A stretch of 63,948 bases of DNA, filler included, from Collodictyon triciliatum (lineage: Eukaryota): the NCBI GenBank assembly GCA_043381765.1. It is 5 parts of 5 records of this genome, joined end to end, with 100 filler letters (N's around TTAATTAATTAA, not from the genome) between each part and the next. Parts side by side here need not be neighbours in the genome. Positions count along the whole stretch, not along the records: positions 28,728 to 42,988 come from JBHJMP010001849.1; positions 43,089 to 57,347 come from JBHJMP010001850.1; 3 more parts are not named here. The stretch is one strand, 5' to 3'. Position numbers and translations under genes: made by a program. Position 1 is the stretch's first letter, and every line of letters begins with the position of its first letter. Below are positions 29,538 to 46,058 of the stretch, piece after piece. The notes beneath the pieces were generated by a model that worked only from the letters and a program-made list of their open reading frames with translations, searched no databases and was not told where the DNA came from.

Positions 29538-31488
29538 CTAGTTGATGTATTGAGACAACCAGCGGAAACCTGAAATATGATGACGATGCGTTTGGTGATA
29601 AATGGGGGGGTTTCTATTTACTTTTCAATGTCTTCGAAGTTGTTTGGCTTGGAACAGGGCGGTGATATAAAAATGTTGATACAGATTCTGCTATGTTAAG
29701 TACAGTACCTTCCCCGTATCCCTGGCGGCGCAGGATACTGCACATAAATACCTCAATCGGTCGGATACCCTTTTGCAGCTTGACGGTTCCCTATTTACAC
29801 ATTTATTATAATTCGATGGTGATTATAAATTAATGGGGATACAAAACCAAAATTCCAAAATTAAAAGGATATGAAGAAAATAAAGGTTACAACAAATTGA
29901 TGGCGCCAAAAGAAATTATGAAAAATACGGTGAATCATTGTGAATCGATTATTGTTAATGTGATTATTTTTTTTTCGTTTCTTTGCACAGGATAATCAAT
30001 CTAATCAATCATACTTTACCGATTGCTAATGTACAAAATGTGATACAGCGAATCATATTATATTTGAAACAAAATAGGGGCGATGGACAAGGAGATGGTG
30101 TTACCTTTCCAGTTGTTAGATGGTGAATTCCGAGGGACATTCGGAGTTCATCTTCGCTGGCAGCATGAGGCATGTCGATCTTATTCCCAAGAACAAGGAA
30201 TGGAACGTGTGAAAGCTCGGGATAAGAAAGCAGATTCTGCGTAGCATTGAAGATAGAAGCGTTAAAATTGGAGAAACCCCGCACCATAATGTAAATAATT
30301 GGCAAGAATTAGGGTATCATAGCACCCTTTGTTAAATTGTCATACTATTTTTCGATTCGGTTTACTATATAATTATTCTTTCATGGCCATTTGCTGAAAA
30401 ATATGTACAAAATAATTCCAATAACGATACAGTATTGTGTGTGTATGTTTAAAATTGGCTTTCTGGTGACTGAGGGGTAGGGGGGTGAAAGGACGTCGAG
30501 GATAATTTTATGTAAACTTAGCATGGAGGCAGTTAAATTGGGATAAAAAAATCTGGTCAACTGTCTTGGGTTTGGACATACATCGAGCTCCTTCTTTGAC
30601 TCTGGGAACCTCTCTCGATCGAAGCTATCAACAAGGAAGACGATGGCGTCAGTGTCAACAAAGAACTGCTTCCAGACAGAACGCACTATGTCAAATTAAG
30701 AGATATTGTTAAATCTAAAAACCCTTCCTTCTCCTGAATCGAATAAAGGGGGGAGAAATTAATATGTATTCTTAGAACCATGACGCGCCAACGAATTAAT
30801 TTACGAGGGCTCATTACAAAGACGATGGGAGTTTGAATGAGTTTCTGATGAATCTATTGCATTTTGAGACTACCTTGTGCGTGGCCTCCGAGATCGTGGG
30901 CTTGGAATCGGATGTTTTGGATAGTAAGCTCCTCCATTGCTTTATGAGAGTGAAAATGAATCAGCTTGAATTTTACTTATTATTATTCATTACTGGATAT
31001 ATGAGCATTTTCTATTTCTTTTTTAAAAAAAAATAATTGAAAGGTTCCTGGGGCTTAGAGTGGGAAGATGTGCTAGTGAAAAATCTAAGTCTCCAGGAAT
31101 TGGTCTTTAGAATGATACATAAATATATAACGTACTTGCGTGCTGAGTGGGGGTGTGAGAGGCTACACGACCTTCCTTCAGCATATGCATCAGAGTTGTC
31201 TTCCCTGCGTTGTCCAACCCAACAAAAAGGATTTTGGCATTCTTGGAATAAAGGCCTAGAAATAGAAAAGAAAATTGATAGTCAGGATATAGCCTTATGA
31301 GAAGAGCAATAGAAATGCGTAACATATGGACTGAATAAAAAGAAGCAGACCCTTTTTTTTAAAAAAAAAAATAGAGTGTTTGGATACAGATAGGGCGAGG
31401 GCGGATACGTGGATTCATGGCGAAAGTTACAGAACGAGTACAAACCAAGGTAGGACAGGACATCAAAGAACCAGTTGACCAAGAACAT
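29538..31488 (-). CDS. SAR1: Small GTPase Sar1 (7 exons)
   Basis: [68 protein letters not shown]. Confidence 0.97.
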
Positions 31489-33176
31489 CCTGAATATACT
31501 TTTCTCTGACCTAGTTGGATAGGCGATGAGGAAGAAGCCCAGAGCAATATGGTTATAGATATAATCGGAAAATAATCATAGAAATAATATTAAAAAAAAA
31601 ACAATAAGATTGTGATCAATATATGTATGTCCATGGAAGTAATATAATCGTGCCAGGGTAGAGAATTTTCAAAGGAAAAGTTGAGGGGAGGTGGGTCTCA
31701 AGGTACGGTGCACGAGTTTGAGAGGAAATATAAAAGGGAAGTCTGCTAACTTCACTCACTATTACAGGTACGCTCTGTACAAAGAATATATTAATTTTTC
31801 ATATACCAGTGATTGTTTTGGACACCTTTTTTTTTCCTTTATGGCCTAGTGGACACTAAGCAGTAACGTAGGGGGGGAAAAAAAAAAGCACAGATCGAAG
31901 GGTCAAGATTTCTTTCGATTCACTGCCAAACAACAAGCCACGCGACAACCAATAGCAAAAGACCAAGGCGAAGATTAAAACAAGAAACAAAACAAAAAAA
32001 AAGGAAAACAGAGTATTTATTTATCTTTCCTTTTTTTGATTGGAGGGGCTTTGATTCACGTAATTTTTGTTATCTTTTTCTTCTTCTGTTGGTTGAGCTT
32101 TGATCCTGGGGTCATGGCTGATCGAAGCGAGAGTGGTTTGGACGCTGCTGGCCACCTCAAGGCCGCATAGAATGATTCACGGAGACATAATGTTTTGATG
32201 ATCACCTGTGTCGTGGACTTTGTGATCAACTTCAAGAATCGATTTTTCCATTATCAGATGTGTATAACACCTATTTATTTCAATTTGTTTCCTTTTTTGT
32301 TGATGAATCCCAATTCCAAGAACGTCGTTGTCACCGATGAACGCATTTCCCAGAATCGTCCAGAAAGTATATGTGAAAAAATATAAATTGCATTATGTAT
32401 TATTATTATTATTATACACGTAATTAATGTAATTTAATGAGTACAGAATTTTAATAATGTAATATTATATTATATTCCATAATTATTTTCTATTTATGGA
32501 TTTTATTATATAAAGTTTTGATGCTATTAGTAATTGGTTATGATGGTATATATAATATGAAAGTATATGCAGTTATTGTTATAATAATTACATAATATGT
32601 GACTAGGCTGTGAAGGATTGATATTGTGCATTAGATTTCTTGCTTACCACAGAACGTTAGCCCACCACATGCGCCACAGGATTCCCACGATAGAAATATT
32701 TTGACACGCGTGCAACCTCACAAACATACATCCAATCTGCATAGAATCAACTAATCATCCATAAAATCATACAAAAATAGAAAATCCTCCAGAGTCTGCA
32801 CGCGCGCCCATATGTGTAGGGAACAAGCAACCACAGAGCGCACTCGTGCGCAATACTAGGCAGGAAAGGATGCATCCGTAATATCCGGCAGGGGAGCACG
32901 AGGCGGCGATGAGAGGCCGATATAATGACAGAGACATCGCATGCGCACAGACGCGATTAGCAGCCAGCACCACCTGACCAAGAAGCAGTGTGCCACAGCA
33001 GCAACGCGGCCAGGAGAATGACGAACACAGCCGCAGATACACCGAAGCTGGGAGTGTATTCTGCCGGACTGGGGCAAAGGGCAAAGGGCAAAGGGCAAAG
33101 GGTAAAGGGCAGGGCAGGGCAACAGCAAAGCACTAACACACAACCCGAACCACGACAGCCACCCGGAGAGCGAAGC

Positions 33177-34264
33177 ATGCACAACACCATCCGCGCCACA
33201 ACCCTTCTCACGCTGCTGCTGCTGGGCGTGCACGCGGCACAGACACTCGCGCACGAGGCGCAGGAGCTGTGCAGCCGGGGAGACGAGGGGGCGGCCTTAG
33301 GGGATCTCGTGGAGGTGGAGCGGGAGCAGCAGCAGCAGCAGAAACAGCAACAGCAACAGCAACAGCAGCGCAAGTGGGGCTACGACGGGGCCAGCGGGGC
33401 GGCGTTCTGGGGCGACCTGGACGGGGCCTTCGCCACGTGCCGCACGGGGCTGCAGCAGTCGCCCGTGTCCATCCCGACGGCCGCACAGCACCTGCCCGGC
33501 CTGCTGCAGCTGCACTGGTCCGCCCTGCCCGCCCCGCTCGCCGTCTCCCATCTCGGCCCCGCCTTCCAGGTCGACATCGCCCCGCACCCCGCCGCCCCGG
33601 ACAACTACGTCCTCTTCAACGGCACCGCCTACTCGCTGCTGCAGTTCCACTTCCACGGGTCGGTCCCCGCCCACCCATGCCATATGCGGACACCCGCTCA
33701 CTCACCCATCCACTCATCCACTCATCCACCCCCGCAGGCCCAGCGAGCACCGCACCAACGGCACGTACTACCCGCTCGAGATGCACGCGGTGCACCGCAA
33801 CGCCGCCGGGCAGCTGCTGGTCGTGGGGATCTTCCTGGACTACTCGGCCACGCCCAACGCGTTCTTCGAGGAGCTGCTGCCCCACGTGAGTACCCCCCTC
33901 TGACGCACGTGCGCGCGACCACACCGCCCTGACACCCCCCTCCCCTCCCCTGCAGCTCCCGCGCACCCCCGGAGCGGCGCCCCTGCCCGACGGCCTGCGG
34001 TGGGACGCGCTGCTGCCTGCGCTGTCGCCGGACCGCGTGTGGCTGTACGCCGGGTCGCTGACCACGCCGCCGTGCTCGGAGGGTGTGCAGTGGGTCGTGC
34101 TGGAGGCTGTGGTCGGCGTCTCGGCCCGCTTCATCGCCACGCACACCGCCGCCATCGGCTTCAACTCGCGCCACACGCAGCCCCTCAACGGCCGCCTCGC
34201 CCCTCACACCTACGTCGCACACGGCCATACACACGCCCCGGACTGCGCCCTCCACGCCCACTGA
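33177..34264 (+). CDS. Secreted alpha-carbonic anhydrase (3 exons)
   Basis: Signal peptide, poly-Q, WGYDG, CRTGLQQSPV, QFHFH, PSEH, PLEMHAVH, YAGSLTTPPCSEGVQW and NSRHTQPLNGR. All three Zn-binding His are present. Confidence 0.95.
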
Positions 34265-34468
34265 GCGCCTCCCCTTCTCCTGCCTCTCACTCCACTCCCC
34301 TCCTCTCCTCTCCTCTCCTCTCCTCTCCTTCCCTCCTGCCGGGCCTCTCCTCTCCAACCACATTCTCCCCTGGGACATTCGCACATATAAACACGTCACA
34401 CGTCACACGTCAACTGCCACACACGCGCGCCCACAACCGCTTCTGCCTGACAGGTCGGGTCTGTTTAC

Positions 34469-37580
<3,112 letters not shown>

Positions 37581-38091
37581 CCCTACTTGAAGTTTTGCTA
37601 TTCCTCCAACTCGAGAGAAAAAAGGAAAAAAGAAAAAGAAAAAGAAAAAGAAAAAGAAAAAGAAAAAGAAAAAGAAAAAGAAAAAGAAAAAGAAAAGAGA
37701 AAGAAAAGAAAAAGAAAAATGAAAAATTGAAATACATCTGCTAGTTCGTTCAGACTTCCCCAAGGATAAAAGCCACACGCCACCTCGCCATGATCCCACA
37801 TAGCAAGCCAGACCGCGCTCAACCCACACATATATACATGCGACCGCCGCGAAAGCAGACGGCGATAGGAAAAGGCGAAGTTCCAAAGCCGGAATCGAAC
37901 ACAGGACAGCACGCTCATACCGCCGCAGGGAACACTCCGCGACCAAGGGCCAAGCAGCAGCACCGAGGTAATTGGGAAGATACAGGGTGGCAGACAACGT
38001 CCAAACAAACGAGAAAGAAGAAATGGCTCAGCTATGCGTTTGTTGTTTTTATTGCAGGAGATGAGTCTGCTGGGGCTGCGCAAGGGGGCAT

Positions 38092-39125
38092 CTAGGCGGT
38101 GAAGGCCAGGGCAAGGCCGAAGGCAGGGGAGGCGAAGGCCTTTGCCGGGAAGGATGCGGAGAAGGAGACGACGGTGTCCTTGCTGACGTTTCCGACAAGG
38201 ACGGTGTCGAGCTTGCCGGTGTTGTCGAGCTTGAAGCGGACCTGGTTGTCGGGGCCGTCGAAGCGGGTGAGGGAGCCGACGGTGAAGGACTGGGTGGCGG
38301 AGGAGCGATCGTAGGCGTACTCGGCAGCCAGGACGGTGTTTGAGCCGGTGTACTTTGCGACGTCGCGGAAGACGCTGACGCCGACGGTGGAGTAGTCCTT
38401 TGTCAGGCTGACATTGAAGACGAGGTCCTTGGCCGAGTAGCCGAGTGTGGCGTCCTGCTTGGTGAGCTTGCTGGCGGCCACGCTGTAGGCCACATCCACG
38501 CCCAGAGACACGCCCTGCGAGCCCACCACAACGGCCGACCCGAGCTCCTTCTTGACCGCATCGGCAAAGACAGAGCCGGCCACGCTGCCCTCGGCATAGC
38601 TGACCGTCACCTTGCCGGACTCGGACGCCTTGTTGCGCACAACGCCCTCCACCTGCACCTTGCTGCCCTCCACGGGTTTGTTCTCAAAAGTCACCTCGGC
38701 CTTGGTCTTGTCCGCTCCGAACTCGTGCTTGGTCTTTGCACTCACCCCAAAGTCCTTGAAGTTGTACTTGGCCTCCACATCTCCGAGTCCCACAGAGCTG
38801 TCCTTGCGCACAAGGCTCGCTGTCACGGCCGGGCCGTTGCTGATCGTCGTCTTGAGCTCAACCTTCAGGTCCGAGACATACTTCTCTGTCAGCACATCTA
38901 CGAGCAAGTTTGTTCAGGTGCGTATGTGAGTGTGGTATCGTTGTGTGTTGGGAGGGAGCTGATTGCGCCCTTAGGCAGAGTATTTTCCTGGATAGTCAAA
39001 ACGAAGTCATGCGACTGTGTATAACCCATCAAAGGAAGTCGCATGGTGGTTGGCTCGAAAAGAATAATGCCCATACCCTTGACTTTCTTTCCGAGGTCGG
39101 CGTATTGAGTGGGTTTGAACGACAT
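38092..39125 (-). CDS. VDAC: Mitochondrial porin VDAC (2 exons)
   Basis: MSFKPTQYADLGKKVK/DVLTEKY N-terminal helix, alternating beta-strand pattern, C-terminal FGLALAFTA beta-signal. Confidence 0.92.
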
Positions 39126-40411
39126 ATTGCGGGCGATCCGAAGAAACGGGGCGAGCTATAGTTTGTTGTCTTAGTTGCAAAAAAAAACAAAGAGAAAAAT
39201 ATTCTAAGCTAAAGAGTTGACATAATTGGGCTGGGTCTGCTATCGAAAAGTCAGTAGCTCGCTTTGTTGGCTGGGAACAAAAGAACCCCACCACCCGAGA
39301 TAGTCAAGAGTTTAAAGGTTTCATTAACTAAACTCTTTGGTTGGCGAGTCGATCCGTATTATTTAGAAGTCTCTCTCTCTCTCTGATCGTGGGTATCGGA
39401 TAGTCTATGAACGGAGTCTGTCGTTGCTGCTTCCTGGCACAGGACAATGAGAGCATCTGCCTCATGGGGGAAGTGAATGCGAGCGGCTGATTTGAGCGAG
39501 TGATGTCCAAGTTTGATTGATGTGGAGAACACTTCGCTCACGCGCTATAATAACCAGGCTCGTGCTAATATCGCTACCAAAGGCTGTCCAAGCATATTCC
39601 ATCGCTGCAAGACAGGACATCACCCATAATTTGAAAAGACCATTCGCAACGACAGACCACACATTCAAAAATCTATATTTAGATAATTTTCCCCATTCAT
39701 TGATAAAATGAAATGTCCGCAACGGCTGCTGTTCAACGACAATATAATAAAAATCTCCATCCTGCATTTTCTTACATGATTGTTCATAATCATTTAATTG
39801 TAGCTTACATTTTTGTATTTTGGAGTAAAATTTAATACGAAAATATCATAAAAATTCGTAAAATGGAATAAATGTATCAATTAATGTAATTTCCATATAT
39901 TGTTACGTCGACATATCATCTCCTAACCCACAAGTAGATCGAAATTAACCATTCCCTGTGACGCAGACATTGGAGGTAAAGTGACGTCATGAAAAGCCGG
40001 CATCAATCTGGCCTTCTCGCTTCCTGTTATATTGCCTGTGTTCACAATCAACACCAGTCCATATCTTTGGGATTTCGTGCACCGAGCAGTGTGACCGCAC
40101 TTGAAGTGCCCCACCCGCGCTACTTGGCGCCCATGCATTCCACCGCATCCTCACCGAAACACACGTGAAGACAGCCAAGGTCACAAACAAAAGAACAACA
40201 AGAACCAAAAAAACCAAAATAACAAAAAAGAAAGTCAAGGAACTCTCAGAGCACCAGGACGAGAGATCCGAGAGTTGAAAAGTTTTCTCGTGTCTCCTCA
40301 GCCACCAATCTTCCCTTTCTAACACCCCGACTCATTTCTTTCTTCTACTCAACGCACCTGACGGATCAGCCGAGGTAAAAAAAAAAGAAAAAAAGAAAAG
40401 AGAAAGAAACG

Positions 40412-41525
40412 ATGTCGCTGTCTGCAGAAAGAGCCGTTGCGGTGGAGGCAGTTGTGCGCGCCTCGCGGCTGTGCACGAAGGTGTTCCGGGCACTTGTGTC
40501 CGAGCAGACGCTGCAGAAGAAGGACAACTCGCCAGTGACGGTGGCCGACTTCGGGGCACAGGCGGTGGTTGTGTCTGTGCTGCGCAAGCACTTCCCGGGC
40601 ATCCCGATGATCGGCGAGGAGGACGCCAAGGACCTGCGGGACCCGGCCGGGGCGGTGCTGAAGCAGAACGTGGTGAGGCTCGTGCAGGAGGTGGACGGCG
40701 ACCTGACGGAGGACCAGATCCTGGACCACATCGACTACGGCACCTACGAGGGCTCGGCCACCGGGCGCCACTGGGTGCTGGACCCCATCGACGGCACAAA
40801 GGGCTTCCTGCGCGGCGAGCAGTATGCCGTGGCCCTGGGCCTTGTGGAGGACGGCCAGGTGGTTCTGGGCGTGCTGGGCTGCCCGAATCTGCCGGCCCGC
40901 GATGGTGATCCCGCCGCGCCTGTTGGTACGTACCTGTCATCCGTCACCTGTCATCCGTCACCTGTCATCCGTCACCTGTCACCTGTCAGAATCGCTCATC
41001 CATCCATCCGTCCGTCCAGGTGTGATCTACGTGGCCGTCAAGGGCCAGGGCGCGCACGGGCGTCTGATCGAGGGCGACGGGCAGGAGTGGCCGGTCCAAG
41101 TGTCCGGGGCAGCCACGGCGGCGGACGCCAGCTTCTGCGAATCCGTGGAGGCCGGGCACTCGGACCAGGCGCTGTCTGCAAAGATGGTGCAGCTGCTCGG
41201 AGTCACCCGCCCGCCCTGCCGCATGGACAGCCAGTGCAAGTATGGCGTTGTCGCCCGTGGCGGGGCCGAGATCTACCTGCGCCTGCCCACCGTCGCCTCC
41301 CGCAAGGAGCTCGTCTGGGACCACGCGGCCGGCTTCCTGGTCACCTCCGAGGCCGGCGGCACCGTCACAGACATCGACGGCAAGCCCCTCGACTTCTCCC
41401 TCGGCCGCAAGCTCTCGGCCAACCGCGGCATCATCGCCTCAAACTCCCGCTTCCACTCTGCCATTGTCGACGCATACAAGCAGGCGTCCCAGGAGGTTGC
41501 TGCCGCCGGTGCGGCCCATCACTAG
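40412..41525 (+). CDS. 3'(2'),5'-bisphosphate nucleotidase, SAL1/MET22/HAL2 family (intron 40927-41019)
   Basis: KKDNSPVTVADFGAQ, GEED, WVLDPIDGTKGFLRGEQYAVAL, LGCPNL, MDSQCKY, WDHAAG. Confidence 0.96.
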
Positions 41526-42988
41526 ATCTGTCAGTCCTGCGGGGCTGGGTCCGTTTGTCCGCTCTCCTACCACCTTTTTCTTAATCTTACCTGATATTTT
41601 TCTGTTGCGCGGTCCTCACGGCTGCAGACAACCTACTATGTGTCTCTCTCTTCTCCACATCCTACTATCTCCACCTCTATCATTCCCTGACGCACTGTCC
41701 CTGCTCTCAACCCCATGGTCGCTTTCCCCCCGATATCCCCGTCTTAGTGCGGTGCGAGGAAGGCCAACCGGGAAGCTGCGAGTCGGGGCATCCGAACCAT
41801 TACATCCTTAGAAAACATGTCCCCTCTCTTCTTCATAGATGTTGACCTGGTGTGGCCGCTGGCGCTGGGTCAGGAGCAAGGAATATAAACCGATCCCAAT
41901 TTACCAACTTTACCAGCGCTAGAGCGACCGATACGAATAGTAAACTCTACTTCCCTCAAACGGGGCCCAATTGCAGGCCGCTAAGCCTCTTCAAGGTTCC
42001 TCATCACTTTTTTTTTCCCTTGCCTCCTGACTCATCGCACCTAAACAGGATAATCGGACATATGTTACCTCCCACCACCACTCTGTAGTAGCTTCTTTTT
42101 TAAGGGAAGGAGACAATCACCAGTGAACAATCCCTGACTTACCGCGCAAAAAGAAAAAGAAAAAACCTCCGAGTTACGATTGTGGTGTTTGGTCACATAT
42201 CTCGTATGGTAGTAGCCCTCCCCCATTTTTATTTCGAGATAGGTGAATACAACGAGTCAAACCACCCAAGCAGCGCGAGGGGCTAACAAGTGATACCAGG
42301 ATTTGAATTATGCACGTGTCAAGGCTCTCCTATCATCTACAGCCCTATAAGAGTCATAGACAGACAAGCACCACGCTCCTTAGTAGGTGATGGGAGGTGG
42401 AGTTTGATACCATCCCTTTTTGTTTCAAAGGCGGTCATTGGATTAGGGAAAGCATTATCAATCCTTGACTGTACTTAGAACATAACATAGTAAATACTCA
42501 CACAAAACAGAATTATTCACCCTTTAATACCCTTTTGATAGACATTTGGAGTTAATAAACACATAAAGGACTTTGCCTTCGCAGCGGCGATGCTTGGTTT
42601 ATTTCCATCCAGCGAATTGCTTTCGGCCAAACAGCATCCACAACACAAAGAGACCAAGCTTGAAAGGCAAACCTGACGTGACTGATACCTTTTAATGTAA
42701 CTTACCTGATGCAAATAACGTTTCCAAGAGCTCACACCAGGAGCCTTAGACGAAACAGAGATGCAGGGTCTCCATTCGGAATCACCAAAGGACTCAATAG
42801 AAGAGTTCGAAATTGCGAAGGCCACAGGCGATCGTATACAAGAATTTATTTATCTAACTGGAAGTACAAAGAATGAGTCCAAGGAAACAGCAAAAAAGAA
42901 AAAGAAAAAGAAAAAGAAAAAGAAAAAGAAAAAGAAAAAGAAAAAGAAAAAGAAAAAGAAAAAGAAAAAGAAAAAGAAAAAGAAAAAG

Positions 42989-43088
42989 NNNNNNNNNNNN
43001 NNNNNNNNNNNNNNNNNNNNNNNNNNNNNNNNTTAATTAATTAANNNNNNNNNNNNNNNNNNNNNNNNNNNNNNNNNNNNNNNNNNNN
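42989..43088. other. Artificial scaffold-joining linker
   Basis: N44-TTAATTAATTAA-N44. Confidence 0.97.
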
Positions 43089-43320
43089 TCTTCTCTTCTC
43101 TTCTCTTCTCTTCTCTTCTCTTCTCTTCTCTTCTCTTCTCTTCTCTTCTCTTCTCTTCTCTTCTCTTCTCTTCTCTTCTCTTCTCTTGTAGCCACTGCAT
43201 ACTATTTCAAGCCTTGTAATATTTCTCTGTTCTAACAGAAAAAAAAATGTGAAAAATTGGAGTCTAGTCCTTGCTTTATAGGAGGAAACCCGCCACGGGA
43301 CTATCCCAACCCTACTCGAG

Positions 43321-44675
43321 ATGTTGCTCCGTTCTTTGCCACCAGGGAAGCGTTTTTTCTCGTCAACTCGTGTGTTACTGAGCGACCGTATCCGTCTAAA
43401 AGGAATGATCTTCTTTGGCCGCCATGGGGTATACGCAGAAGAGAAGGTTGGTTGACGGTTTCTTCCAGACTTTTCGATTTTGTTTTCCTTTTGGCCAGTT
43501 GGCACTCATTTGTTTCATTCATATCCCCGTCGTTGGTTTACTTTTTGGAACACATTATTTATTTTGCCTACTTTTTTTCCTATTGTATTCTCTTATTTCT
43601 TTTTTTCTCGTGTGTGAGAGAAAGGTGTTATGTATCATTTTTGTTTTCGTGGAGCTGACTTCGAAACCGGTTTGGTGTAATATTATTCACTTCGTTGAAT
43701 CTTGACGAACCCTTTCTTTATTTTTTTATCCGTATTTTTATCAGTTTCCTGTACATTTTCCTTGTTTTATTTTTATCATCTACATGAAAAAAATCATCCT
43801 TTATTCGAATCAAAGTGCGAAATAGCTATTGTTTATTTTAATTCCTTTTAAAATTTAATATTATCATTTGTTCGTGTTAGCAAAGGTATACTGAAGATTA
43901 TTTATTTTGCGCACGTACTGCAGACACTTGGGCAGAAGTTCAAAATCGATGCGACTCTGTACAGCGACCTTACAAAGCCTGGTCAGACGGATAATTTAGT
44001 TGACACAGTGGACTACGGGAAGGTTTTACTCTCCCCAATCATTTGACTGACATCAATCTTCTCTATAAGCCAATATAAAGACCCTGTAATGCATTTCCTG
44101 TGAAACACATTTTATATAGATATTTATTTTCTCACTTGCTCTCAAGTTATGAATGTTAACCTATGCTATTATCGCTTTAATCTTAGATGCTAATATTACT
44201 GTCCTATAGGTATACAAATCGATCCGGGCCATTGTGGAGGGTGAATATATTTATGACTCCAGTACCCAATGCATACACTGAATAATCCTAGATTTCCCCC
44301 TTCCCTCTTTTATCTTCCTTCATATTTTATTTGGAAATTGTGTGTGAATCCTCTCTTGGATAAAAAAAAAAAATTAAAACAGGAAAGCCTCATAATCTGC
44401 TGGAGAGCCTGGCGAATGAGATTGCAGAAACTGTCTTGTCGCAGCAGAGAGCCGTCTCCAAAATCACTGTATCTGTAGAAAAACCGCAAGTTAGCCTCAT
44501 GAAATCACTCCACCTGCTTCTTGTGTGCACTTTACATCTCATATCCCACATCTCACATCTCACATCACATATACAGGTTAAGTTCAGTGGTGTTTTGGAC
44601 AGCGTTGGGGTGGAAATCACGCGCCACTCAAAGGAAGTCTCACCCGAACAAACCTTGCGCAAAGAAACACAATAA
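43321..44675 (+). CDS. folB: Dihydroneopterin aldolase (FolB family), 5 exons
   Basis: DRIRLKGMIFFGRHGVYAEEK/TLGQKFKIDATL..DNLVDTVDYGK/VYKSIRAIVEG/KPHNLLESLANEIA..VSVEKP/..SVGVEITR. Confidence 0.93.
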
Positions 44676-44973
44676 ACAAGAATATCGCCACCTATGGCAC
44701 CCCTCACCACACAGTTTATCCCACGCAACAGAACACTTTTATTGAAGAAAAAATCACACTCCACCACCAAGGCCAGAACAAACAAACAAACAAACAAACA
44801 AACAAACAAACAAACAAACAAACAAACAAACAAACAAACAAACAAACAAACAAACAGACAGACAGACAAATAAATAAAAATTAAAAAAACAAACAGAAAA
44901 ACAGACAAATAAAAAAAAACAGAAAACAAACAGAAAAATAAATAAAAACAAACAGACAAACAAACAAAAAATA

Positions 44974-45690
44974 TTAGAAGAAAGAGAAAAAAAAGACAAG
45001 AGCAAGAACCTGGGCAAGAATCTGCGCACAAAGCGGCTGAAGCACATGCAGGAGCGGACGCAGCAGGTCAAGCAGCAGAGCCGAGGGCACAACAAACACA
45101 TGCAGCGCAGCCAAAGCCGCCCCGGCCAAGACGTCGGACAGGAAATGCTTGCCCATCCCCACGCGCGACGCACCCACGGCCACGGCCCACAGCGACACGC
45201 CTGCGCGCAAGGAAGGCGGGACATTGCACAGGCCAAAGAGCCACGCGGCAATCAGCCCCGCCCGCGAAGTGTGGCCCGATGGGAACGAGTACTGATCCGG
45301 CCCGCTGAACGACTCCAGCCCAACGCCCTCGCCATAGGCCGGCCGCGCGCGCCGCACAAGGATCTTGATCAGCCCCACACTCACGCTGTCTGCTGCAAGA
45401 TGGAGCCAGAGCCGGGCCCATGAATCAAACGTCCACAAGTCGCAGACAGAGGCTCTGCTTCCTGCTGCTGTTTGCCACAGTGTGCGCGGCTCCGGTGCAA
45501 ATGCGACTCCGTGCCATACTCCGAAGCAGCCCAATCCCACCCCGAGGAAAACAACCCACGGGAAGCCGGAGTTGCTGTATGTCGTGAGCGCCGTTGCGTG
45601 GAAGACCGCTTTGCTGCCGGACTCCTTCAGAAGCCAGGAGTTGGCCTTGCGGGATAGTCTTGCGTCGAGATTCTTGAGCCACAGAAGCAT
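44974..45690 (-). CDS. PAP2-family membrane lipid phosphatase (PLPP6-like), intronless
   Basis: C1 KILVRRARP, C2 DQYSFPSGH, C3 SRVGMGKHFLSDV. Likely start is MLLWLKNLDARLS. Confidence 0.9.
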   Translation of the reverse strand: MLLWLKNLDARLSRKANSWLLKESGSKAVFHATALTTYSNSGFPWVVFLGVGLGCFGVWHGVAFAPEPRTLWQTAAGSRASVCDLWTFDSWARLWLHLAADSVSVGLIKILVRRARPAYGEGVGLESFSGPDQYSFPSGHTSRAGLIAAWLFGLCNVPPSLRAGVSLWAVAVGASRVGMGKHFLSDVLAGAALAALHVFVVPSALLLDLLRPLLHVLQPLCAQILAQVLALVFFFSFF

Positions 45691-46058
45691 CTTTGTCCGC
45701 GTCAGGCTTTGTCGTTCTTGCGTCTGTTTGTTGCCGATGCTCTCCTTCCGCCTGCCTGCGAGCCATGCAAGGGCGATGTGTTTCGATTCGAGCTTGGAAG
45801 TTGTATTCATGCCAATAATGGTATCATAGATGCGTGCTTTTTGGCTTTTTTTTTTCATGACCGGCCGAAGGAACCGATCGGAAACGTAGCAAGGAGTCAG
45901 TCGTATACGGGCAAGTAAAGAGGAAGAAAAAGAAAGTAAGGAGGCGAAGCACTTAAAGGACAGGATCAAGAAAGATGAAAGATGATCGGAGTGGCGATCA
46001 GCTGCTTTTTGCCCCTCCATGGCGCCCCGCACAAGTCTTGCGCTTGTCTGCGACTGCT

